A DNA stretch of 64,000 nucleotides, taken from NCBI GenBank assembly GCA_022710715.1, contig JAKLGJ010000001.1:234041-298040 (forward strand). Reading direction: 5' to 3'. The first letter of the stretch is position 1, and each line of letters begins with the position of its first letter. The DNA is from Candidatus Omnitrophota bacterium (GTDB lineage Bacteria; Omnitrophota; Gorgyraeia; Gygaellales; Profunditerraquicolaceae). Position numbers and translations under genes: made by a program. Below the pieces are notes generated by a model that searched no databases, had not been told where the DNA came from, and was given only the letters and a program-made list of their open reading frames with translations. This document shows, piece after piece, positions 20,771-29,633 of this stretch.

Positions 20771-21673
20771 GTGGGTATGATGCGGCGGGCTGTAGCGGCG
20801 ATTCTGATAGCGGCATGGGGTGTTTCATCTGCGTTCGCGCAGAATCCGACGAAAGAAGAACACCTGACTATTACCACCTATTATCCCAGCCCGTATGGCG
20901 TCTATGAAAAACTTCAGTCCAATTACTTCGCAGTGGGAGATACCAATCATAACGCGGGATTGGATTCGGGCGATCTGCCTCCCAACAGCGGCAGCCTGGC
21001 GGTGGAGAACGACGCCATCATCGGTCGTGACGCGAATATCGGCAATGACGGGAATATCGGTCGTGACGCGAATATCGGTCATGACGCGGGTATCGGCAAT
21101 GACGCGACCATCAACAGGAATGCCAAGGTAGGCGGAACGCTGGAAGTTCAGGATCGGATGGCGGTGAACGCCGGGATTTCCAGCCAGTACCGGCTGAATG
21201 TCGGAGGCACGATCTATGCTTCCGGAGGAGGCGATCTGGCCGAGTATTTCAGCGTGACCGGCAACGTGGAACCGGGGGATGTGGTGATCGTTAATCCTTC
21301 GGTGGCCAACATGCTCATAAAAACCGAAGTTCCCTATGACGTGCGTATCGCCGGAGTGATTGCCGAGAATCCGGGTTTTCTTATCGGCGCGAAAAAAAGC
21401 GAGCAGGACAAACCGTTGGTCCTGATCGGCCAGATCAATTGCAAGGTGACTTCCGACGGCGGGCCGATCAGTCCCGGGGATTTTCTGACCACTTCCGCCA
21501 AGCCCGGGTATGCCATGAAATTCACCCTGCTGGACTGCGAGAAAGCCAGGGATATTCAGGAGCTCAAATCGATGGTTAAAGAGAACGACCGCAGGAAGCT
21601 GGCTATCGTGGGCAAGGCCCTCGAAGGGCTGGAAAAGGGCGAGGGCAAAATCAAGGTCCTGGTAGTGCGATGA
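20771..21673 (+). CDS. Secreted hypothetical protein with tandem hexapeptide (IGxDAN) repeats.
   Basis: N-terminal signal peptide MGMMRRAVAAILIAAWGVSSAFA. Five to six perfect or near-perfect 18-bp tandem repeats at about 21013-21120 encode IGRDAN IGNDGN IGRDAN IGHDAG IGNDAT. I recognise no catalytic motif. Confidence 0.5.
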   Translation: MGMMRRAVAAILIAAWGVSSAFAQNPTKEEHLTITTYYPSPYGVYEKLQSNYFAVGDTNHNAGLDSGDLPPNSGSLAVENDAIIGRDANIGNDGNIGRDANIGHDAGIGNDATINRNAKVGGTLEVQDRMAVNAGISSQYRLNVGGTIYASGGGDLAEYFSVTGNVEPGDVVIVNPSVANMLIKTEVPYDVRIAGVIAENPGFLIGAKKSEQDKPLVLIGQINCKVTSDGGPISPGDFLTTSAKPGYAMKFTLLDCEKARDIQELKSMVKENDRRKLAIVGKALEGLEKGEGKIKVLVVR

Positions 21674-22239
21674 AAAGAACGCGCAGCGTATGTAGATTGA
21701 AGCTTCTGTTGCTGCTGGCAGGGGTATCGGTCACGGTGTTTGCCGGTGTTCTGCGTTTGCCTGCTGCCGAGGTTTGTCCCCCGCCCGCTGTGCCGGGCGC
21801 TGATCCCTGTCCCTGCGGCGGCGGAGACTGGAAATGTGACGAATGGGTGGAAGAGTGTTATCAGATCGCCAATGCCGAAGATAAGCATTCGGATACCCTG
21901 CCGTTTGAATATACTTCGCCTTCGGGCGGCGGGGCTGCGCGCTGCAGCGGCGGCAACTGCTGCTGTTTTATCTGCGATCCTCCGGGAAGCAACAATTGCG
22001 GCAATCTATTGCTTCCTCCGAATATGGGGATCTCTCATCCCGACGGAGGCGGCCAGACTTCGGTGTACCATGAACTGCCGCTGGAGAACCAGGGACAGTG
22101 CGAGAGCAGGAATACGCTTCCTTTCGATACCGTTTGCACATATTATACCTATGGGTGGCAGACCACGCATTGCATGAAAGGGCATTGGGATTGCCCGCCG
22201 TGTCCGCCGCCGACCACGAATACCACTGCCACGCCGTAA
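21670..22239 (+). CDS. Secreted cysteine-rich, proline-rich hypothetical protein.
   Basis: Its start overlaps the upstream stop (ATGA), so the two are translationally coupled. Signal peptide present. About 17 Cys occur in clusters (CPCGGG, NCCCFIC, DCPPCPPP), and the tail is Pro/Thr-rich. Confidence 0.45.
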   Translation: MKRTRSVCRLKLLLLLAGVSVTVFAGVLRLPAAEVCPPPAVPGADPCPCGGGDWKCDEWVEECYQIANAEDKHSDTLPFEYTSPSGGGAARCSGGNCCCFICDPPGSNNCGNLLLPPNMGISHPDGGGQTSVYHELPLENQGQCESRNTLPFDTVCTYYTYGWQTTHCMKGHWDCPPCPPPTTNTTATP

Positions 22240-22263
22240 GCAAAAGGAGAGAATACCGCATCC

Positions 22264-23514
22264 ATGCATGAGTTCAACTTCAAAGACCGGCGGCTGTACT
22301 GTGAAAACGTTCCGGTGGACAGAATTGTCAAAGAGTTCAAGACGCCGCTGTACGTTTACAGTTACGCCACTTTTGTCGGCCATTTCCTGAAATTGCAGAA
22401 GGCTTTCAAAGATATCGATCCGTTGATCTGTTATTCGGTCAAGGCTAATTCCAATCTCTCCGTATTGAAGGCCCTGGTGGACAAAGGCGCGGGCCTGGAT
22501 ATCGTTTCCGGCGGCGAATTGTTCCGCGCTTTGCAGGTCGGCTGTCCGCCCGAAAGAATCGTCTACGCTTCGGTGGGCAAGACCGAGGTGGAGATAGAAG
22601 CGGCGATAAAGAAGGGAATACTCTTTTTTAACGTGGAATCCCTGCCGGAGCTGGAGAATATCAACCGCATCGCCGCAAGGCTGGGGAAATGCACCCGCGT
22701 GGCCCTGCGCATCAATCCGGACGTCGAACCCAGAACGCACCATTATATCACTACCGGAAAACTGACCAATAAATTCGGCATCGACTTTCAGACCGCCGGA
22801 AAGATCATTCTGGAATCCGGCAGGTTGTCTCATGTCAGGATCAAGGGGATACACATCCATATCGGGTCCCAGATCACCATCGGCGCGCCTTTTGTCGAAG
22901 CGATCCGGAAAGTTATCGCTTTTATCAGGAAGCTCAAAGCCGCAGGCATCTCCATCGAGTATTTGAATATCGGCGGCGGCCTGGGCATTATCTACAAGAA
23001 TGAACGGCCGCAGACTGCGCAGCAGTACGCCGACAAAGTGCTGCCGATCCTTAAAAAGAGCGGATTGCGGATCATTATGGAGCCGGGCAGGTTCATTATC
23101 GGTTCCGCGGCTATCCTGGTGACCCGGGTGCTTTACGTAAAGAAAACCCCGTTGAAAAAATTCGTTATTGTCGACGCCGGGATGAACGATCTGATCCGGC
23201 CCGCGCTGTATAGCGCGCATCATGAAATTGTCCCGCTGACTTTTTCTCCGGGGGCGAAAGAGAAGGTCGACATTGTCGGTCCGATCTGCGAAAGCGGCGA
23301 TTTCCTGGCCAAGGAACGGGTCCTGCCTGCAATGAAAGAAGGCGATCTTCTGGCGGTCATGTGCGCCGGCGCGTACGGGTTCAGCATGGCCAGTAATTAT
23401 AACTCCCGCAAGCGTGCGGCGGAAGTATTGGTTAAGAACAAAGCGGTAAAGCTTATCCGGCGCCGGGAGAATAATGACGATCTGGTGCGCAATGAGTTTA
23501 TCGTTGAGACGTGA
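22264..23514 (+). CDS. lysA: Diaminopimelate decarboxylase.
   Basis: Fold-III PLP decarboxylase with YSVKAN (PLP-Lys), HIHIGSQ, and CESGD near the C-terminus. Confidence 0.9.
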   Translation: MHEFNFKDRRLYCENVPVDRIVKEFKTPLYVYSYATFVGHFLKLQKAFKDIDPLICYSVKANSNLSVLKALVDKGAGLDIVSGGELFRALQVGCPPERIVYASVGKTEVEIEAAIKKGILFFNVESLPELENINRIAARLGKCTRVALRINPDVEPRTHHYITTGKLTNKFGIDFQTAGKIILESGRLSHVRIKGIHIHIGSQITIGAPFVEAIRKVIAFIRKLKAAGISIEYLNIGGGLGIIYKNERPQTAQQYADKVLPILKKSGLRIIMEPGRFIIGSAAILVTRVLYVKKTPLKKFVIVDAGMNDLIRPALYSAHHEIVPLTFSPGAKEKVDIVGPICESGDFLAKERVLPAMKEGDLLAVMCAGAYGFSMASNYNSRKRAAEVLVKNKAVKLIRRRENNDDLVRNEFIVET

Positions 23515-23610
23515 GTAAAAGTAGGTAAATTTAAGTAAGTTTGAGTAACAATGTAATAAATTATTATAATATAAATATAATTACTGTAAAGTAAGTAAGT
23601 TGAGGCGTGC

Positions 23611-24468
23611 ATGGTTAAAAAAATTCTTTTCCGAAAATTAGTTGCCGCGGGGAATGATTTTGTACTGATCGATAATCGCGCGCACCGGTTTGTTTCGCAG
23701 CGGGCGCTGGCGGCTTTTGCCCGGAAAATGTGCGAGCGTAAATTCGGCGCCGGGGCCGACGGTTTGCTGGTTGTGGAGCGGTCCAGACGCGCAGATTTCA
23801 GAATGCGCATTTTTAACGCCGACGGTTCAGAAGCGGAGATGTGCGGAAACGGCGCGCGCTGTTTCGCTTTGCATTGCGCGGGAATGAAGAAAAAAAAGGA
23901 TCTCGACCTGACCATCGAAACGCTGGCAGGGATCGTTCATGCGCAGGTGCGCGCTGAACAGGTCAAGATCAATCTTCCCCCGCCGAAGGGATTAAAACTT
24001 GATATTCCCATACGGATCGCGGGGCTTAAAAGGAAAATGCGGGTGCATTGTATCGATACCGGCGTGCCGCATACCGTGGTTTTTGTCCAGGGTATCGACG
24101 AGATAGATGTCTACGCGATCGGCAGAGAGATCCGTTATCATAAAGCGTTCGCTCCCCGGGGCACGAACGTCGATTTCGTGGAAGTGCTCAACGATCATTT
24201 TGTGGAGGTTCGGACGTACGAACGCGGGGTGGAAGGCGAGACTCTCGCCTGCGGGACCGGGTCGGTGGCCAGCGCGCTCATTACCGGCTATACGCTGGCC
24301 CGCACGGCTGCGGTTCAAACTGCCGGCGCAGTGAAAAAAGTTTTCCAGGTTCAGACCAGAAGCGGCGAAGTTCTGACTATTTATTTTACGCTCTCCGGCA
24401 ACGTCGTGACCGACGTGTGGCTGCAAGGTAAAGCGGAAAGCGTCTATGAGGGGGTCTACCATGTATAA
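23611..24468 (+). CDS. dapF: Diaminopimelate epimerase.
   Basis: AAGNDFVLID N-terminus. Catalytic cysteines are in MCGNGARC and CGTGS. Confidence 0.9.
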   Translation: MVKKILFRKLVAAGNDFVLIDNRAHRFVSQRALAAFARKMCERKFGAGADGLLVVERSRRADFRMRIFNADGSEAEMCGNGARCFALHCAGMKKKKDLDLTIETLAGIVHAQVRAEQVKINLPPPKGLKLDIPIRIAGLKRKMRVHCIDTGVPHTVVFVQGIDEIDVYAIGREIRYHKAFAPRGTNVDFVEVLNDHFVEVRTYERGVEGETLACGTGSVASALITGYTLARTAAVQTAGAVKKVFQVQTRSGEVLTIYFTLSGNVVTDVWLQGKAESVYEGVYHV

Positions 24469-25336
24469 GGGTTCGATTGTCGCTATCGTTACGCCGTTCA
24501 AAAACAACAAAGTCGACGAGAAAAAATTAAAAGAGCTTATCGAGATGCATAGTAAAAGCGGCACTGCCGGGATACTTCCCTGCGGGACTACCGGCGAATC
24601 CGCCACCCTTTCCATGGCCGAACACGAGCGGGTGATCGAAATTACCATCGATACGGTCAACAAGCGTATCCCGGTGATCGCCGGAACAGGTTCGAATTCC
24701 ACCGAAGAAGCCATCCGGTTGACCCAGCACGCCGCAGCCGCCGGCGCGGACGCCTCGTTGCAGGTCTCTCCCTATTACAATCGGCCCACGCAAAAAGGGC
24801 TGTACGAGCATTTTAAAGCCATCGCCGATTCCGTGGATATCCCGATCATTCTGTACAACATCGCTTCGCGCACCGGGGTGAATATCGAGCCGGAGACTAT
24901 GGCCAAACTGGCCCATGATTGCAAAAATATCGTGGGAGTAAAAGAAGCTTCCGCAAATCTGGAACAGATGTCGCGGATCAAAGCTTTGTGCGGAGAGGAA
25001 TTCGATGTGCTCTCCGGCGATGACGCGCTTACCTTGCCGCTTTTGGCGGTGGGCGGAACCGGGATTATTTCGGTAGTGGCGAATATCGTTCCCAAAGACG
25101 TAGCGGCGATGGTCGCGGAATTCGAAAAAGGTCATATCGCCAAAGCCAGGAAATGGCATTATAAACTGCTGCCGCTGGTCAAAGCCATGTTCATCGAAAC
25201 CAATCCGATCCCGGTAAAGACCGCGATGGGCATGCTGGGTATGTGCGAGCCGGCGTTGCGGCTGCCCATGACCTCGATGCTGCCCGAGAATCAGGAAAAA
25301 CTCAAAAAAGCGTTAAAAGACTACGGTCTGTTGTAA
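24461..25336 (+). CDS. dapA: 4-hydroxy-tetrahydrodipicolinate synthase.
   Basis: DapA family protein (GTTGES and downstream motifs). The track ORF begins at 24446; the MYKGSIVAIVTPF start at 24461 matches the family N-terminus better. Confidence 0.85.
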   Translation: MYKGSIVAIVTPFKNNKVDEKKLKELIEMHSKSGTAGILPCGTTGESATLSMAEHERVIEITIDTVNKRIPVIAGTGSNSTEEAIRLTQHAAAAGADASLQVSPYYNRPTQKGLYEHFKAIADSVDIPIILYNIASRTGVNIEPETMAKLAHDCKNIVGVKEASANLEQMSRIKALCGEEFDVLSGDDALTLPLLAVGGTGIISVVANIVPKDVAAMVAEFEKGHIAKARKWHYKLLPLVKAMFIETNPIPVKTAMGMLGMCEPALRLPMTSMLPENQEKLKKALKDYGLL

Positions 25337-25347
25337 GGAGATAAACG

Positions 25348-26061
25348 ATGATCAAACTAGGTATCACCGGTGTATGCGGAAAAATGGGTAAAAGGCTGTT
25401 CGATATGGCTTCGCATGACAAAGCCTTCGAAGTGACTCTGGCGCTGGAACGGCGCGGGATACCCGAGATCGGCAGGGAACTGGGCAAGATCAAGGTATCT
25501 TCGAGTCCGGACGGCGTTTTTCTCATCGACGTGCTGGTCGATTTCACCGTAGCTGAAGCCAGCGAAGCGCTGCTGGATTATGTAGCCAAGTATAGAAAAG
25601 CGCTGGTTCTGGGCACGACCGGTTTCAACGATGCCCAGATCAGGAAAGTCGAAGAGATCTCCAGAGTGGTTCCGGTGGTCTTTTCTCCCAACATGTCCAT
25701 CGGGGTGAACGTGCTTTTTAAAATTCTCCCCGAGTTGTCCAGGAAACTCGGGAACGACTACAGCATCGAGATCGTGGAGGCGCATCATAAAGCCAAGAAA
25801 GACGCGCCTTCGGGAACCGCCAAAAAGCTGGCCCAGTCGATACAGGAAGCGACTCCGAAAGATATCCCCATGCATTCGGTGCGCCTGGGAGATATCGTGG
25901 GAGATCACACCGTGATCTTTTGCGGCAATTCCGAACGCATCGAAGTCAAGCATCAGGCGCATACCCGGGATTTATTTGCCGTAGGAGCGTTGAAAGCGGC
26001 CAAATGGATCGCCGACAAACCCGCGGGATTGTATACCATGCAGGATGTTCTGTTCAAATAA
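25348..26061 (+). CDS. dapB: 4-hydroxy-tetrahydrodipicolinate reductase.
   Basis: NAD-binding GVCGKMG and the DapB C-terminal domain EAHHKAKKDAPSGTA. Confidence 0.85.
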   Translation: MIKLGITGVCGKMGKRLFDMASHDKAFEVTLALERRGIPEIGRELGKIKVSSSPDGVFLIDVLVDFTVAEASEALLDYVAKYRKALVLGTTGFNDAQIRKVEEISRVVPVVFSPNMSIGVNVLFKILPELSRKLGNDYSIEIVEAHHKAKKDAPSGTAKKLAQSIQEATPKDIPMHSVRLGDIVGDHTVIFCGNSERIEVKHQAHTRDLFAVGALKAAKWIADKPAGLYTMQDVLFK

Positions 26062-26076
26062 AAGGAGATCGACCCT

Positions 26077-27111
26077 ATGGATCCGTTATTGAAGAAAGTG
26101 CTCGACGCCTCGGGAATTTCCGGTTACGAGAAGGAGATCGGCGAATTGATGAAGCAGGAACTCAAGAAAAGCTGCGACGAGGTCAGTATCGATGCCTTCG
26201 GCAATGTCATCGCCAGGAAAGGTAAGGGCAGGAAAAAGATCATGCTCGCCAGCCATATGGATGAGATCGGGCTGCTGGTCAAATACATCACCAAAGAAGG
26301 TTTTCTCAATTTCATCAAGGTCGGCGGCATCGACGACCGGATATTGCTGGGGCAGCGGGTGATCGTCAAATCCAAGCACGGAGATGTATTCGGGATCATC
26401 GGCGCCAAACCGCCGCATCTGCAGAAGGATGACGAACGCCGGCATACGGTCAAATACGAAGATCTCTTCATCGATATCGGCTGCAAGAACAAGGAGGAAG
26501 CCGAAAAGAAAGTGGCTATCGCCGACCCCGTGGTTTTCAATACCGATTCCGGACAGCTCAACGGTACGCTGTATTACGGCAAAGCCATCGATAACCGGGT
26601 GGGTTGTTACGCGCTTTTGAAGATCATGGAAAAACTGCATGTGCCCGCAGAAGTATACGCGGTTGCCACGGTGCAGGAAGAAGTGGGGTTGAAGGGCGCG
26701 CGCACTTCTTCATTCAAGATCGACCCTGATTTCGCCATCGCTATCGATACTACGGTTGCCGGCGATACTCCCGGGATCAAAGAAACCGAATCCGCCTTGA
26801 AACTCGGCCAGGGCGTGGCCATTACTGTTATGGAAGCGGCGGGGCGGGGCGTGATTGTCAGCGAAAAGGTCAGGGAGATGTTCATCGAGGCGGCCAGGAA
26901 GAACAAGATCAAGTTCCAGCTGGATGTGATCGAAGGCGGGATGACCGACGGAGCGATCATTTACATGAATCGCGCCGGGATCCCCACCGGCGTCTTGAGC
27001 ATACCCACGCGCTATGTCCACGCTCCGACAAGCGTATTTTCCCTGGACGACCTTAACGCCACCATTGAATTGACCAGAGCCGTGGTCGCCAGAGTAGCGC
27101 AGGAAAAATAG
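26077..27111 (+). CDS. M42 family metallopeptidase (glutamyl aminopeptidase / FrvX-like).
   Basis: M42 motifs HMDEIGL, NRVGC, QEEVGLKGA. Its length is typical of the family. Confidence 0.7.
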   Translation: MDPLLKKVLDASGISGYEKEIGELMKQELKKSCDEVSIDAFGNVIARKGKGRKKIMLASHMDEIGLLVKYITKEGFLNFIKVGGIDDRILLGQRVIVKSKHGDVFGIIGAKPPHLQKDDERRHTVKYEDLFIDIGCKNKEEAEKKVAIADPVVFNTDSGQLNGTLYYGKAIDNRVGCYALLKIMEKLHVPAEVYAVATVQEEVGLKGARTSSFKIDPDFAIAIDTTVAGDTPGIKETESALKLGQGVAITVMEAAGRGVIVSEKVREMFIEAARKNKIKFQLDVIEGGMTDGAIIYMNRAGIPTGVLSIPTRYVHAPTSVFSLDDLNATIELTRAVVARVAQEK

Positions 27112-27134
27112 ACAGCCAGAGGAGACAGGAAGCT

Positions 27135-28298
27135 ATGAGTTTTGAACTTTCCGGGAGATTACAAGCATTGCCTCCGTATCTGTTCGTGGAAATAGATAAA
27201 GCCAAGCGTAAAGCGCGCCAGGAAGGCAGGGACATCATCGATCTGGGTATCGGCGATCCGGATCAACCCACTCCGCGGTTCATCATCGATTCGTTATATC
27301 AGGCCGCGCAGAATCCGTCGAATCACCGCTACGCCCTGGACCAGGGTATGCCGGCGTTGCGCACGGCTATCGCCGGCTGGTACGACCGCCGTTTCGCGGT
27401 CAAGCTCGATCCGGACACGGAAGTGCTGCCGTTGATCGGGTCAAAAGAAGGGATCGCGCATTTCCCTCTGGCCTACATCAATCCCGGCGATTATTCGCTG
27501 GTGCCCGATCCGTGTTATCCTCCCTATAAAGGCGGGACGATTTTCGCCGGCGGCAAACCGTATTTGATGCCTTTGCTCGCGGAGAATCAGTTCCTGCCGG
27601 ACCTGAAGAAGATCCCCGCAACGGTGCTCAAAAAAGCCAGGCTTTTGTACGTAAACTATCCCAATAATCCCACCGGCGCGGTATGCGACGGGAAATTCTA
27701 TCGACAGATCCTGGCTTTTGCCCGCAAGCATAAGCTGATCGTGATCTCCGACCTGGCTTATTCCGAGATGTCCTATGACGGATATCAGCCGATGAGCATG
27801 CTGGAAGTGGACGGGGCCCGGGACTGCGTGATCGAATTTCATTCGCATTCCAAAACCTACAATATGACCGGCTGGAGGGTGGGGTGGGCCTGCGGCAACA
27901 AAGCGCTGGTTGCCGCTTTAGGCAAGGTCAAATCCAATATCGATTCCGGTATCTTTTCGGCGATTCAGGTAGCTGCGGTCAGCGCTCTGGAAAGCGATCA
28001 GGAGCATGTGCGGTCGATGTCCCGGTTGTACCAGGAGCGCCGCGATGCGCTGGTCGACGGCTTGAACGGTCTGGGCTGGAAGGTGCAGAAACCCCGCGCC
28101 ACGTTTTATATCTGGGCGGGGATCCCCGGGGGGCGAAAGTCGATCGATTTTGCCGCGGACGTTCTGGCCAGGGCCGATATCGTGATCACTCCGGGAGTCG
28201 GTTTCGGCGCCGCCGGAGAAGGCTACGTGCGTTTTGCCCTGACCGTGGATAAAGCACGGATGAAAGAAGCGGTAACGCGGTTACGCGCTATTCTCTAA
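27135..28298 (+). CDS. dapL: LL-diaminopimelate aminotransferase (DapL-type class I aminotransferase).
   Basis: The N-terminus LPPYLFVEIDKAK...GIGDPDQPTP is characteristic of DapL. The PLP-Lys is in context SHSKTYNMTGWRVGW. It sits in the lys/dap cluster, where dapD/dapC/dapE are absent. Confidence 0.7.
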   Translation: MSFELSGRLQALPPYLFVEIDKAKRKARQEGRDIIDLGIGDPDQPTPRFIIDSLYQAAQNPSNHRYALDQGMPALRTAIAGWYDRRFAVKLDPDTEVLPLIGSKEGIAHFPLAYINPGDYSLVPDPCYPPYKGGTIFAGGKPYLMPLLAENQFLPDLKKIPATVLKKARLLYVNYPNNPTGAVCDGKFYRQILAFARKHKLIVISDLAYSEMSYDGYQPMSMLEVDGARDCVIEFHSHSKTYNMTGWRVGWACGNKALVAALGKVKSNIDSGIFSAIQVAAVSALESDQEHVRSMSRLYQERRDALVDGLNGLGWKVQKPRATFYIWAGIPGGRKSIDFAADVLARADIVITPGVGFGAAGEGYVRFALTVDKARMKEAVTRLRAIL

Positions 28299-28302
28299 AC
28301 GT

Positions 28303-28815
28303 ATGACCATCTGTTATATCGGTATCGGTTCCAATCTGGGCGATCGCAAAAAGCGCATTGAGACCGCGATCAGACGGATGAAGATGATCGCCGCCACAAA
28401 AGTAGGCAAGGTCTCGCGGATCATCGAAACCCCGGCGCAGGGCGGTCCGGCGCAGGGTCCGTTTCTCAATGCGGTAGCCGAGATCCGGACCGACTTAACG
28501 CCGTATCAGTTGCTTCAAGAGCTACAGCAGATAGAGTCGCTGCTGGGCAGGATACGCACGGTACGCAACGGCCCGAGGACTATCGATCTGGATATCCTGA
28601 CCTTCGGGGAGATCCGCATGGATGAGCCGGCTTTAACCATTCCTCATCCGCGTATCCTGGAGCGCGCGTTTGTGGCGGTCCCGCTCCGGGAAATCGCGCC
28701 GCAGGCTCTGGCTATGGTGCGTTCGAAAACCAGGAAACGTCCGGCAGCAGTACGCAGAAAGAAGACCGTATGCAGGTCATCAAGACCATCAAAAAGATGC
28801 AGGCGACAAGCCTGA
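28303..28815 (+). CDS. folK: 2-amino-4-hydroxy-6-hydroxymethyldihydropteridine pyrophosphokinase (HPPK).
   Basis: Motifs IGIGSNLGD, TIDLDIL and HPR. The basic C-terminal extension overlaps panC by 46 nt in another frame. Confidence 0.8.
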   Translation: MTICYIGIGSNLGDRKKRIETAIRRMKMIAATKVGKVSRIIETPAQGGPAQGPFLNAVAEIRTDLTPYQLLQELQQIESLLGRIRTVRNGPRTIDLDILTFGEIRMDEPALTIPHPRILERAFVAVPLREIAPQALAMVRSKTRKRPAAVRRKKTVCRSSRPSKRCRRQA

Positions 28816-29633
28816 ACCTGAAACGTACCCGCGCATCCATCGGTTTTGTCCCTACTATGGGCGCTCTGCACGAAGGGCATTTGAGCCTGATCCGGCGCTC
28901 TCGCCGGGAAAACGACGTCACCGTTGTCAGTATTTTTGTCAATCCCATCCAGTTCGGTCCTTCCGAAGACCTCAACCGTTATCCTCGTCCCTTGCAACAA
29001 GATCTCCGGTTATGCATGCAGGAAAAAGTGGAGTATGTGTTTTGTCCCCGTCCCGAGGATATGTATCCCGAAGGATTCAAGACGTTCGTGGAAGTCCGGG
29101 AATTAGGCGCGGTGCTTTGCGGAGCGAGCCGTCCGACGCATTTCCGCGGCGTGACTACCGTAGTGGCAAAACTTTTCAATGCGGTTTTCCCGGACCGCGC
29201 ATATTTCGGTCAGAAAGACTGTCAGCAGGCGGTGATTATCGAACGCATGGCCCGGGATCTGAACTTTCCGGTGATGATCGAAGTTCTGCCTATTATCCGG
29301 GAACGCAGCGGTCTGGCTTTAAGTTCGCGCAACGCGTATCTCGATCCGGCGCAGAAGAAAGACGCGCTGGTGCTCTCAAAGGCCTTGTCCAGCGCTGCCG
29401 TTCTTATTCGCGGAGGAACGCGCGATGCGGCCCGGATCAAACGCGTGATCCGAACCATGGTTTCGGCAGCGCATTCGGTAAAGATCGATTATATCGCGAT
29501 AGTGGATAAACAAACCCTCAAACCGGTCAAGAAGATCCAGGACAGCTGTTTGATCGCTCTGGCGATGTGGATCGGGAAGACCCGGTTGATCGATAATATC
29601 GTAGTCAACGCGCAGAACAGGAAGGCGGGATAA
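28770..29633 (+). CDS. panC: Pantoate--beta-alanine ligase.
   Basis: VPTMGALHEGH (HIGH-type motif) and a PanC-like N-terminus MQVIKTIKKMQ. Confidence 0.9.
   Translation: MQVIKTIKKMQATSLNLKRTRASIGFVPTMGALHEGHLSLIRRSRRENDVTVVSIFVNPIQFGPSEDLNRYPRPLQQDLRLCMQEKVEYVFCPRPEDMYPEGFKTFVEVRELGAVLCGASRPTHFRGVTTVVAKLFNAVFPDRAYFGQKDCQQAVIIERMARDLNFPVMIEVLPIIRERSGLALSSRNAYLDPAQKKDALVLSKALSSAAVLIRGGTRDAARIKRVIRTMVSAAHSVKIDYIAIVDKQTLKPVKKIQDSCLIALAMWIGKTRLIDNIVVNAQNRKAG

Noticed and set aside
21013-21120. Tandem 18-bp direct repeats. I considered a CRISPR-like or minisatellite array.
   Set aside because: The units are too short, they are head-to-tail with no spacers, and they lie in frame inside a coding sequence. 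They encode a peptide repeat and are not a CRISPR array.
22006-23223. 405-aa minus-strand ORF.
   Set aside because: It is antisense to lysA and to the 3' end of the Cys-rich protein gene. It is a shadow ORF.
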